Below are positions 1 through 8,569 of a stretch of 36,883 nucleotides of DNA, in pieces. The notes below the pieces were generated by a model that was not told the origin of the DNA, ran no database searches, and saw only the letters and a list, made by a program, of their open reading frames with translations. Where the stretch lies: contig DATESP010000144.1 in assembly GCA_035270645.1 (NCBI GenBank), positions 1-36,883 on the forward strand, read 5' to 3'. The position numbers and the translations under genes were made by a program. Numbering within the stretch: the first letter of the stretch is position 1; every line of letters starts with the position of its first letter. Origin of the DNA: Mobilitalea sp. Lineage in GTDB: Bacteria; Bacillota; Clostridia; Lachnospirales; Lachnospiraceae.

Positions 1-579
1 ATGTACATTCTCTACGGTAATATCCTTTGGAAGGTTAAGGTCTGTGGGTGCAAAATTCCATATTCCCTTAACACCCCACAATGCGAGATCAGCTGCCAGC
101 TGAGGTGCCTTTGACTTCGGAACAGTAATCGCTGCAATATCTACCGAATTCATCCTTATGAATGCCTCAAGTCCATCGACTAACTGGACTTCTACTCCCC
201 TAATTGACATACCAATTAATCGAGGATTAACATCAAAAATAGCACTAATAAAGAATCCTCTCCGTTCAAAATCCACGTAATTCGCCAATGCTTGTCCTAA
301 GTTACCTGCTCCAATTATTATAACATTATATCTTTTATCAAGTCCAAGAATTCTACCTATTTCCGAGTGGAGATATTCTACATTATAACCATAACCCTGC
401 TGCCCAAAACCGCCAAAATTATTAAGATCCTGCCTTATCTGTGAAGCCGTCACGTTCATCTTCTCACTTAGTTCCTTGGAAGAGATCCGGACAACGTCCT
501 TCTCAAGCAAATCACCCAAATAGCGATAATATCTTGGTAATCTATTGACTACAGCCTTGGATATTTCTTTCTTGTTCAA
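1..579 (-). CDS. rex: Redox-sensing transcriptional repressor Rex (3' end outside window)
   Basis: Not in the ORF track. Manual translation from TTG at 579 (RBS AGGAGG) gives MNKKEISKAVVNRLPRYYRYL...ISSKELS...TASQIRQDLNNFGGFGQQGYGY...IIGAGNLGQAL...GIWNFAP, i.e. the Rex winged helix plus Rossmann motifs. Confidence 0.95.
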   Translation of the reverse strand, partial: MNKKEISKAVVNRLPRYYRYLGDLLEKDVVRISSKELSEKMNVTASQIRQDLNNFGGFGQQGYGYNVEYLHSEIGRILGLDKRYNVIIIGAGNLGQALANYVDFERRGFFISAIFDVNPRLIGMSIRGVEVQLVDGLEAFIRMNSVDIAAITVPKSKAPQLAADLALWGVKGIWNFAPTDLNLPKDITVENVH

Positions 580-618
580 TGATTTTACCTCCTTCGATAC
601 AAATAAAACTATAATGTT

Positions 619-647
619 ATTATATTGAATTGTTAATAATAAGTCAA
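619..647 (-). promoter_or_regulatory. SigA-type promoter of rex, overlapped by a partial Rex box
   Basis: Minus strand TTGACT-17 bp-TATAAT. TTGTTAATAATAAGTCAA (630-647) resembles the clostridial Rex site TTGTTAA-N4-TTAACAA. Confidence 0.7.
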
Positions 648-729
648 TCTCAGCTTTACTTTACTTGAAGGGTTGCTTATGCTAATATATATGAGGGTAC
701 TCATCCCAAGCTTCTTTCGGGTTTTGAGA

Positions 730-803
730 TGCCGCATAGCGGCAGGCATGTAGGATTAATGTGAAAATAAAAAGCAATTTTTACACGGCAAATTTGTGCC
801 TGT
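730..803. repeat. Palindromic intergenic repeat, family E, copy 1
   Basis: CAGGCATG...GTGAAAATAAAAAGCAATTTTTACACGGCAAATTTGTGCCTG; shares sequence blocks with 32670-32745. Confidence 0.65.
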
Positions 804-872
804 AGAGTGAGAAAACAATAGAATTTCTCGCATAAAGTTTTACAGACTATGAAGAAAGGCACGGTTATTACT

Positions 873-2894
873 ATGATATTAGCATGTCAAAATATAAACA
901 AAATGTTCGGAACAACCGAGATATTAAAATCAGTCTCCTTCCATATAAATGATAGGGAAAAGGCAGCCATCGTTGGAATTAATGGTGCTGGCAAATCTAC
1001 CCTGTTAAAAATAATAATCGGTGAACTACCTGCCGATGAAGGTGAGGTCATCCTGTCTAAGGGAGCAACAATCGGTTATCTTGCCCAACATCAGAACCTT
1101 ACCTCGGAGCATACACTTTATGAAGAGCTGCTGACCGTCAAAAAAGATATTATTCTCCTGGATCAGAAAATAAGAGCTCTGGAACTCGATATGAAGCATG
1201 CCGATGGTACGAAACTGGAACAGATGCTTAGCACCTATACCCGATTAATGCATGAATTTGAAATACAAAATGGTTATGCCTACCAAAGTGAGGTAATCGG
1301 TATTTTGAAAGGTCTCGGCTTTACCCCGGAAGAGTTTTCAAAGAAGGTCAACACCCTGTCCGGTGGCCAGAAGACAAGGATAGCACTAGGCAAGTTGTTA
1401 TTATCCAAACCTGATATCATCCTTTTAGATGAGCCTACGAACCATCTTGACCTAATTTCCATCTCTTGGTTGGAGACCTTTCTGTTAAATTATAACGGTG
1501 CTGTGATTGTCGTAGCCCATGACCGCTATTTTCTAGATAAGGTAGTCTCTAAGGTAATCGAACTTGATAATACAAAGGCGCTGAGTTTTGAGGGTAATTA
1601 CTCTGCCTATACTAATAAGAAATCCATGCTCCAAAATGCTATGTTAAAACAGTATATGAACCAACAAAAGGAAATCAAACACCAGGAGGAGGTCATCACT
1701 AAGCTTCGCTCCTTTAATCGTGAAAAGTCCATACGTAGAGCAGAAAGCCGTGAAAAGATGTTAGACAAGATTGAACGGGTAGATAAGCCGATGGATCACG
1801 ATGAGATTCATTTCTCCCTAACACCTCGTATCATCAGTGGAAATGATGTCCTGACTGTAACCAATATTTCTAAATCCTATGATCATCTTAGACTATTTTC
1901 TAATGTAAGCTTTGATGTAAAGCGTGGAGAGAGGATTGCAATTATTGGTAATAATGGTACGGGTAAAACCACAATCCTTAAAATAGTGAATGGTATGGTT
2001 AAAGCCGATGGCGGAGAAATCCGATTAGGATCGAAAGTCCATGTGGGTTATTATGACCAAGAGCATCAGGTATTGGACCCCGAAAAAACTCTCTTCGGAG
2101 AATTGCAGGATGCCTATCCACATCTGGATAATACAGCAGTGAGAAACATCCTTGCCGCGTTTCTTTTCACCGAAGATGATGTATTCAAGAGAATTAAGGA
2201 TATCAGTGGCGGAGAACGAGGTCGGGTATCCTTGGCCAAGCTAATGTTGTCTGAGGCAAACCTTTTGATACTAGATGAGCCAACCAACCATCTAGATATC
2301 ACCTCTAAGGAAATCCTGGAGCAGGTGTTGAACGACTATAGTGGAACAGTCCTTTATGTATCCCATGACCGTTACTTCATAAATAAAACTGCTACCAGAA
2401 TATTGGATTTGACCGAGCAAAGCTTACTAAATTACATAGGAAACTATGATTATTACCTGGAGAAGAAGCCCGAGATGGAGGCTGCCTACCTTGGAGTATC
2501 GAGAGACGTTCCTCCAATTACCCGCAAAGCAGGTTTGTTCCCCTCTACTACACTTTCTTATGTCACTACCACTGATTCCGGTGCATTAACCAGTTCCGAA
2601 AATCTCGGTACTACCAGCACAAATGGTGAGCAATCCAGTGATAACAAGCTAAGCTGGCAGCAACAGAAGGAGGAACAGGCACGAATTCGTAAAAGAAAGA
2701 ATGAGCTTGAGAAGACAGAGGAAGAAATTCATCAGCTAGAAAACAGGGATGAGGAAATTGATAATCTTCTAACAAAGGAAGAGATTTTCACAAATGTGCA
2801 GAGCTTAATTGAATTAAATAGTGAGAAAAAGAACATAGAAAACCGCCTTGAAAAGCTTCTGGAGCAATGGGAGCTTCTTGCCTCTGAGGAATAG
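873..2894 (+). CDS. ABC-F family ribosome-associated ATPase (YdiF-like)
   Basis: Two ABC domains (GINGAGKST/LSGGQ/LLDEPTNHLD and GNNGTGKTT/ISGGE), no TM segments, C-terminal coiled coil. Start is 873 (MILACQN) or 849. Confidence 0.9.
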   Translation: MILACQNINKMFGTTEILKSVSFHINDREKAAIVGINGAGKSTLLKIIIGELPADEGEVILSKGATIGYLAQHQNLTSEHTLYEELLTVKKDIILLDQKIRALELDMKHADGTKLEQMLSTYTRLMHEFEIQNGYAYQSEVIGILKGLGFTPEEFSKKVNTLSGGQKTRIALGKLLLSKPDIILLDEPTNHLDLISISWLETFLLNYNGAVIVVAHDRYFLDKVVSKVIELDNTKALSFEGNYSAYTNKKSMLQNAMLKQYMNQQKEIKHQEEVITKLRSFNREKSIRRAESREKMLDKIERVDKPMDHDEIHFSLTPRIISGNDVLTVTNISKSYDHLRLFSNVSFDVKRGERIAIIGNNGTGKTTILKIVNGMVKADGGEIRLGSKVHVGYYDQEHQVLDPEKTLFGELQDAYPHLDNTAVRNILAAFLFTEDDVFKRIKDISGGERGRVSLAKLMLSEANLLILDEPTNHLDITSKEILEQVLNDYSGTVLYVSHDRYFINKTATRILDLTEQSLLNYIGNYDYYLEKKPEMEAAYLGVSRDVPPITRKAGLFPSTTLSYVTTTDSGALTSSENLGTTSTNGEQSSDNKLSWQQQKEEQARIRKRKNELEKTEEEIHQLENRDEEIDNLLTKEEIFTNVQSLIELNSEKKNIENRLEKLLEQWELLASEE

Positions 2895-2942
2895 AAGATC
2901 ATTATGCGTGGAGAGAAATACGTGAGCAAAATCCTGTCGACG

Positions 2943-2988
2943 ATGATTTATTCAAAAATGTCAGCTTCGCTGATATTTTATGAATCAT
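2943..2988. repeat. REP-like palindrome, family D, copy 1
   Basis: AAAATGTCAGC-TTC-GCTGATATTTTATGAATCAT; similar to copies at 17408-17479. Confidence 0.6.
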
Positions 2989-2997
2989 GTATTAAAT

Positions 2998-3039
2998 AAG
3001 GCACTCTACGACATGTTGTAATGTCGTAGAGTGCCTTTT
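2998..3039. terminator. Intrinsic terminator between the convergent ABC-F and GntR genes
   Basis: Perfect 17-bp stem AAGGCACTCTACGACAT/ATGTCGTAGAGTGCCTT, 6-nt loop, followed by Ts. Confidence 0.8.
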
Positions 3040-3088
3040 GTCTTACCCACCGCCTAATAGGTGATGGGGCATTTACACTGATGGTATA

Positions 3089-3757
3089 CTATAATCCTTG
3101 CTCACTGATGTTCTTGATTGTATTTATGATATGTTCATGGGCTAGCTTCTCAGCAAGCTCTCCATCCCTCTTCTTTATAGCCTCCATAATTGAGGCATGC
3201 TCTTCTCTGAACTCCTTTGCTCTAGCTGGTTGTGATAAGGTAATCTTACGAATTCGCTCCACATAATGATGGAAGTCCGACAGCATATGATTCAATATCT
3301 TACTTCCCGAGGCTTTATAAATCAGTTCATGGAATTTATTATCAAGCTCAACTAATTGATCAAAGTGACTTCTTCTTGCATGAAAATCAGATAGATAAAC
3401 TATCTCATCCATTTCTTCAAGCTGTTGATCTGTAATATTCTCACAGGCCCATTTAGCACATAAGCCTTCCAAATAGGAACGGATGGTATAGATGTCATGA
3501 ATATCCTTTGAGGTTATGCCGGTTACATAGGCGCCCTTGTTGGGAATTATGGTTACCAGTCCCTCCAGCTCTAATTGTCGCAAGGCCTCTCTTACTGGTG
3601 TACGGCTTACACCTAATTCCAAGCCAATGGTATTCTCTTTTAATTCCTCATTCTCCTTATATGCTCCGGATAGGATATCCTCCCTGATTTTATTAAATAC
3701 TCTGCCTCTCAGGGAATATTTATCTGTCACCTCTTTGTGGAGATCAAAATCTTCCAA
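3089..3757 (-). CDS. GntR/FadR-family regulator with FCD domain
   Basis: HTH motif LGVSRTPVREALRQLELEGLV; FCD His motifs (DNKFHELI, EEHASI, AHEHI); TTG start with GGAGG RBS. Confidence 0.92.
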   Translation of the reverse strand: MEDFDLHKEVTDKYSLRGRVFNKIREDILSGAYKENEELKENTIGLELGVSRTPVREALRQLELEGLVTIIPNKGAYVTGITSKDIHDIYTIRSYLEGLCAKWACENITDQQLEEMDEIVYLSDFHARRSHFDQLVELDNKFHELIYKASGSKILNHMLSDFHHYVERIRKITLSQPARAKEFREEHASIMEAIKKRDGELAEKLAHEHIINTIKNISEQGL

Positions 3758-3774
3758 GGAATAACCTCCTTATA

Positions 3775-4944
3775 TTACTTTAATTTTTCGATTGTTTCCA
3801 TCAGATAATCAGCAAACTGAGCACTAGTTGCACCATTATCCCTGCCTGTTATTACCAGCTTCTTCTCGGTAATTGTGCAGATATCAAGTGCTTGGTAAAG
3901 CTTGTCTGCTTCCTTGTTGTAACCGATATGGGCAAGTAGCATAGCTCCGGCACGGATTACACTGCAGGGATCTGCATATATATCCCTTCCCTCTTGAACC
4001 ATTCGAGGTGCAGAACCATGTATGGCTTCGAACATTGCATATCTCTTGCCGATGTTTGCGCTCCCGGCGGTACCTACGCCACCTTGAAATTCAGCTGCTT
4101 CATCAGTAATGATATCTCCATAAAGATTTGGAAGTACTACCACCTGGAAGTCCTTCCTCCTCTTCTCATCCACCAGCTTAGCGGTCATGATGTCTATATA
4201 CCAGTCATCTGCGACAATCCCTGGGTATTCCTTGGACATTTCTCTAAAGGTATCTAGGAACTTACCATCTGTTGTCTTTATGATATTCGCCTTGGTTACA
4301 GCAGTAATTCTGGTCTTACCATTAGCTTTCGCAAATTCAAAAGCAGCCCGAATAATTCGTTCAGTTCCCTGTGAGGTAACTACTGTAAAATCTACTCCAA
4401 GATCCTCTGTTACATGAACACCCTTGCTACCTACAGCATAAGCTCCTTCGGTATTCTCACGATAGAAGGTCCAATCAATTCCCTGTTCTGGAATACGTAC
4501 TGGTCTAACATTGGCAAATAAGTCAAGCTCTTTCCTCATCGCTACATTTGCACTCTCTACATTCGGCCAGGGATCGCCTTTTCTAGGTGTAGTAGTGGGT
4601 CCTTTTAGGATAACATGACATTCCTTTAATTCATTAAGGACTTCAGGAGGAATCGCAGCATTTTCTGCTGCTCTTCTTTCAATAGTCAATCCATCGATAT
4701 CTTTAAATGCAACCTTTCCTGACTTTATCTCATCCTGTAAAAGGTATTGCATAACTCTTTCAGATTGGGCAGTAATCGCAGGTCCAATTCCATCTCCACC
4801 GCAAACACCGATGATGATTTGGTCGAGAGTATCGTAATCTATAAACCCTTCCTGTAACTTCATTTCTTCCACTCTTTTTAATTGTTCTTCCAATAACAGA
4901 CCAAATTTCGCCTTGGCTGCTTCAATCTTATCTTGAGAAATCAT
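3775..4944 (-). CDS. icd: Isocitrate dehydrogenase (IDH/IPMDH family)
   Basis: GDGIGP, KGPTTTP, SANVAMRKELDLFANVRP, RENTEG, NLYGDIITD, EAIHGSAP. The Thr/Ser/Asn isocitrate determinants are present and the gene follows a citrate synthase. Start moved to ATG 4944. Confidence 0.8.
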   Translation of the reverse strand: MISQDKIEAAKAKFGLLLEEQLKRVEEMKLQEGFIDYDTLDQIIIGVCGGDGIGPAITAQSERVMQYLLQDEIKSGKVAFKDIDGLTIERRAAENAAIPPEVLNELKECHVILKGPTTTPRKGDPWPNVESANVAMRKELDLFANVRPVRIPEQGIDWTFYRENTEGAYAVGSKGVHVTEDLGVDFTVVTSQGTERIIRAAFEFAKANGKTRITAVTKANIIKTTDGKFLDTFREMSKEYPGIVADDWYIDIMTAKLVDEKRRKDFQVVVLPNLYGDIITDEAAEFQGGVGTAGSANIGKRYAMFEAIHGSAPRMVQEGRDIYADPCSVIRAGAMLLAHIGYNKEADKLYQALDICTITEKKLVITGRDNGATSAQFADYLMETIEKLK

Positions 4945-5045
4945 AATAAATACCTTACCTTTCATTAAATACTTATATTTTATCGTAGCATTCAAGTACG
5001 ATGATATAAGCTTAATTGTATGTGTTTATATGATGTTTGTCAACA

Positions 5046-5099
5046 ATCATGAGGTTAAACCGGTGCCAAGCTATCATGAGGTTAAACTGGTACCAAGCT
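5046..5099. repeat. 27-bp tandem duplication of the Re-citrate synthase 3' end
   Basis: ATCATGAGGTTAAACCGGTGCCAAGCT followed directly by ATCATGAGGTTAAACTGGTACCAAGCT (25/27 identical). Confidence 0.85.
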
Positions 5100-6477
5100 C
5101 TTCTTGGATACTACTAATAACTTCAATAAGCTCATTATCCGTTATTACGGTTACTCTCCCATCATCATATTGTTCATCAACCCAGGCCTTAACCCGTGCA
5201 ACCATCGGATTTCCCTTATCAACTGCTTTGTCACCCTTCAGTTTATAGAAAGAATTGACCCAATGAGCGATGCCTGCGAGTCCGGAGGTATTGCTCACAG
5301 CTACAAGCACAGGACGGTTTAAGAATTTCTCAGTATCAAAAATATTATATATTTCCTCGTTCTTAAGAATACCATCTGCATGTATTCCCGCGCGGGTGAC
5401 ATTAAAGTTCTTACCAACGAAGGGGGTTCTGGAGGGAACGCGATATCCTATTTCTTTCTCAAAGTATTCTGCTAGCTCAGTGATAACTGTGGTATCCATA
5501 CCATCTAGGGTTCCCTTAAGCTGTGCATATTCAAATACCATTGCTTCAAGCGGAGTGTTTCCGGTTCTCTCACCAATACCGAATAGGGAGCAGTTTACAC
5601 CGGAGGCTCCATATAACCAAGCCGTAGTAGAATTGGATACTGCTTTATAAAAATCATTATGTCCATGCCACTCCAACCATTTGGAGGGAACACCAGCATG
5701 GGTCATGATTCCATATATGATGCCCTGTACGGAACGAGGAATAACTGCACCAGAGAAATTGACTCCATAACCCATAGTATCGCAGGCACGAATCTTCACT
5801 GGAATGTTATATTCCCTGCTAAGTTTCATAAGTTCATGGCAGAAGGGTATTACAAAACCATGTATGTCAGAACGAGTGATATCTTCAAGATGACAGCGTG
5901 CGGCGATTCCGGTTTCTAGACATTCTCTTACAATACCCAGATAATGACTCAAAGCCTCCCGCCTGGTCATTTTCATTTTATAAAAAATATGGTAATCGGA
6001 GCAGCTGACTAAAATACCGGTTTCCTTCATACCGAGATCCTTAACTAATTCAAAATCCTTCTTGCTTGCTCTTATCCAAGAAGATATCTCAGGGAATTCA
6101 TATCCCCTCTCCATACATTTATAGGCTGCATCTCTATCCTTCTTACTGTAAAGGAAAAATTCACTTTGGCGGATTAATCCCCTCGGACCTCCAAGTCTAT
6201 GAAAATAATCATACATAGTAACAATCTGTTCCGTTGTATAAGGAGCTCTGGATTGTTGACCATCCCTAAAGGTAGTGTCAGTAATGAATATCTCCTCTGG
6301 CAAATTATGAGGTACGATCCTATCATTAAATGCTATCTTGGGAATCTCGTCATAAGGGAACAGATTTCTGAAGGTATTGGGTTCTTCAACATCCACCATA
6401 TTATAAATCGGCTCTTCCAGTTGGAGGAGGTTGTTATGTGGGTTAATAAAAACTTTTCTTTGATCCATGGGCTTCAT
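5074..6477 (-). CDS. Re-citrate synthase (DRE-TIM; isopropylmalate/homocitrate synthase family)
   Basis: ITDTTFRDGQQ, EWHGHNDF, GIGERTGN, TRAGIHADG motifs typical of clostridial Re-citrate synthase; upstream of icd. Confidence 0.85.
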   Translation of the reverse strand: MKPMDQRKVFINPHNNLLQLEEPIYNMVDVEEPNTFRNLFPYDEIPKIAFNDRIVPHNLPEEIFITDTTFRDGQQSRAPYTTEQIVTMYDYFHRLGGPRGLIRQSEFFLYSKKDRDAAYKCMERGYEFPEISSWIRASKKDFELVKDLGMKETGILVSCSDYHIFYKMKMTRREALSHYLGIVRECLETGIAARCHLEDITRSDIHGFVIPFCHELMKLSREYNIPVKIRACDTMGYGVNFSGAVIPRSVQGIIYGIMTHAGVPSKWLEWHGHNDFYKAVSNSTTAWLYGASGVNCSLFGIGERTGNTPLEAMVFEYAQLKGTLDGMDTTVITELAEYFEKEIGYRVPSRTPFVGKNFNVTRAGIHADGILKNEEIYNIFDTEKFLNRPVLVAVSNTSGLAGIAHWVNSFYKLKGDKAVDKGNPMVARVKAWVDEQYDDGRVTVITDNELIEVISSIQEELGTSLTS

Positions 6478-6685
6478 TCTCCATCCTAATACTTAAATTT
6501 GTTTTATTGTATACAATAATACTCGGACTGTCAACAATATTTTTTATACTAAGACGAAGTAAGCTAAACACAAATCCAAAACCTACAGATATAATAACAG
6601 CAGATTGGAGATTATATTCTAAAGGAATTACAATTCCAAGCCCTACCACCATAATCAAAAGATGAATAAATCTACTATTAAGCAT
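6443..6685 (-). CDS. Small hypothetical membrane protein (two hydrophobic segments)
   Basis: AGGAGG RBS 5 nt before ATG and two hydrophobic stretches. The 3' part overlaps the citrate synthase promoter and start. Confidence 0.4.
   Translation of the reverse strand: MLNSRFIHLLIMVVGLGIVIPLEYNLQSAVIISVGFGFVFSLLRLSIKNIVDSPSIIVYNKTNLSIRMENEAHGSKKSFY
6504..6534 (-). promoter_or_regulatory. SigA promoter of the citrate synthase-icd-gntR operon with a palindromic operator over the -10
   Basis: TTGACA-17-TACAAT; perfect 16-bp palindrome TTATTGTATACAATAA at 6504-6519. Confidence 0.8.
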
Positions 6686-6915
6686 CCCAACCTCCTATCC
6701 TGCTACAATATGACGTGGTACTTTCATTTACAACAAGTTTATTTACATTATTTAACATTAATTGTATAACAATATCAGATGTAAAGTCAATGATATTTGT
6801 ATTATATTTACATTTATTAGTTTTTATAGGTTGCTCATGTCCATGAAAGTGTTACAAAATAATTCAAGTCATCTGTAATTTAACGCGCAATTATACTTAT
6901 TATTCCGCTTTTGTC

Positions 6916-6944
6916 TTGACATTTATAGATAGTTACTGTATAGT
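6916..6944 (+). promoter_or_regulatory. SigA promoter of rplY
   Basis: TTGACA-17-TATAGT. Confidence 0.7.
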
Positions 6945-7031
6945 CTAACTATTGGCGTTTGAATATGTTGACTGCAAACTCGGGCTTTCCAGAGTTCCCG
7001 AGAATGCTCCATTAATAAAAGGAGAATACTT

Positions 7032-7622
7032 ATGAATGAGATTATTTTAGAAGCAGCAGAGAGATCAAAAGGCAAATTCAGAGAGAAAGGCTTTGTGCCT
7101 GGTGTTCTTTATGGAGATGGTGTAGATACTACCACTTCAGTAAAATTTGATGAGCGAAAACTTAACAAGCTTATAAGTATGCATGGTCCCAATGCTAAAT
7201 TATGGATTACTATTAATAATAGTAAGAAGTACGGGTTTATTAGAGAAGTGCAAAGAAAACCAATAACATATATGATATCACACATAGATATACAGATTGT
7301 ATCGAAAGATCGCGAGATTAAATTGGTCATTCCTATTAATTATAAAGATGAAGGTAGTTTAAAAATCAGACAATTAAAGCTGCAGGTATACAAATCAGAT
7401 GTAACAGTTTTCGGAAAGATAGATTTGATGCCTGACACAATCGAAGTGGATGTATCCGAAATGAATTTGGGCGATACAATTACTTATAGCCAATTAGGGT
7501 TGAATAAAGATATTAAAAGCGAAAACGAAGACACTATATTTGGAACAATAATTAATCTACGGGTTCCGGCACTTAATACTGATGATGCTGAGGTTGAAGC
7601 TGAGACAGCAACAACAAAGTAG
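7032..7622 (+). CDS. rplY: 50S ribosomal protein L25/Ctc
   Basis: REKGFVPGVLYG and IREVQRKPI...HIDI (L25 domain), TL5-like C-terminal domain (PDTIEVDVSEMNLGDTI), acidic tail; AGGAG RBS. Confidence 0.88.
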   Translation: MNEIILEAAERSKGKFREKGFVPGVLYGDGVDTTTSVKFDERKLNKLISMHGPNAKLWITINNSKKYGFIREVQRKPITYMISHIDIQIVSKDREIKLVIPINYKDEGSLKIRQLKLQVYKSDVTVFGKIDLMPDTIEVDVSEMNLGDTITYSQLGLNKDIKSENEDTIFGTIINLRVPALNTDDAEVEAETATTK

Positions 7623-7677
7623 AAATAATATATTGAATTGTATTAGTAGAATTTATATGAACATACAGAATTGAGTG

Positions 7678-7716
7678 AACTGCACTCCTTCACAAGGAGT
7701 ACAGTTTTCTTTTTTT
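7678..7716 (+). terminator. Intrinsic terminator of rplY
   Basis: AACTGCACTCCTT-CAC-AAGGAGTACAGTT followed by a long T tract. Confidence 0.8.
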
Positions 7717-7757
7717 GTTGACTTGCTGTCTTAATGAATTAATAAGTTCTCTGTCTA

Positions 7758-8489
7758 TCAAAAAAATCCTTGTATAATTTCATAAGCGATCGGTACTAAG
7801 ACTGCTGGCAGGATATTACCACACTTAATCTTCTTGCCAAAGAGCATGTTGATTCCAATTCCAAAGATCAGTATGGAGCCAACAAAGGATATGTTAGCGA
7901 CCAACCTATCATTAAGAAAAGGTTCGATATATCCGGCCGAGAAGGTTATGATTCCCTGATATATAGCTATCGGTATTACCGAGAAGAATACCCCATATCC
8001 GAGTGTAGATGCAAAGAAGATGGCTACCACTCCATCGATAAAGCCTTTGGCCAATAGCATAGAAGGATCACAGGATAATCCATCCTCAAGAGAACCAATA
8101 ATAGCCATAGCTCCGACACAGAACAATAAGGAGCTATTTACAAAGCCCTCTACGAAGCCTTGCCCCTTCTCGCCATTTACCTTTAGGGCCTTCTTAATCC
8201 ATTCACCGACTTTATCAAGTCTTGCTTCAATATCTATGATTTCACCTATCAATGCTCCAATTGCAAGGGATACAATCATCAGCATTGTGTTCACTGTGCT
8301 GAGACCATTTCCTTCCACAGTCAACAGCCCCTTTAGGGCACCGCTTATTCCGATGAACATTACAGATAGTCCGAGGGCGCTCATGATTGTATCCTGAAAG
8401 CGTTTCTTCAATCCACCCTTTAGTATAATGCCAATTGTTGAACCTATTAAGATGGCTGCAATGTTTCCTAATGTTCCCAATCCTATCAT
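7758..8489 (-). CDS. DUF554 family membrane protein (YdfK-like)
   Basis: GTLGN, GFV..SLLFCVGAMAIIGSL, K..IDG motifs; multiple TM segments. Confidence 0.85.
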   Translation of the reverse strand: MIGLGTLGNIAAILIGSTIGIILKGGLKKRFQDTIMSALGLSVMFIGISGALKGLLTVEGNGLSTVNTMLMIVSLAIGALIGEIIDIEARLDKVGEWIKKALKVNGEKGQGFVEGFVNSSLLFCVGAMAIIGSLEDGLSCDPSMLLAKGFIDGVVAIFFASTLGYGVFFSVIPIAIYQGIITFSAGYIEPFLNDRLVANISFVGSILIFGIGINMLFGKKIKCGNILPAVLVPIAYEIIQGFF

Positions 8490-8569
8490 ATGTTTACACT
8501 GTCGGTATTAGTAGCAGACAGTCTTCCTCCTATTCATATGTTTCCATCTATTATACAAAAGCTACTGTA

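Noticed and set aside
690-2894. Antibiotic-resistance ABC-F with an attenuator leader
   Set aside because: The protein looks like a housekeeping YdiF type next to rex, the leader structure is largely the family E repeat, and I see no convincing leader peptide.
5046-5099. CRISPR-like repeat
   Set aside because: Two abutting copies with no spacer, and no cas genes.
7676-7708. IS3-like end (TGAACTGCACTCC) as a mobile element
   Set aside because: Too short and fully explained as the rplY terminator; an IS origin is possible but cannot be supported here.
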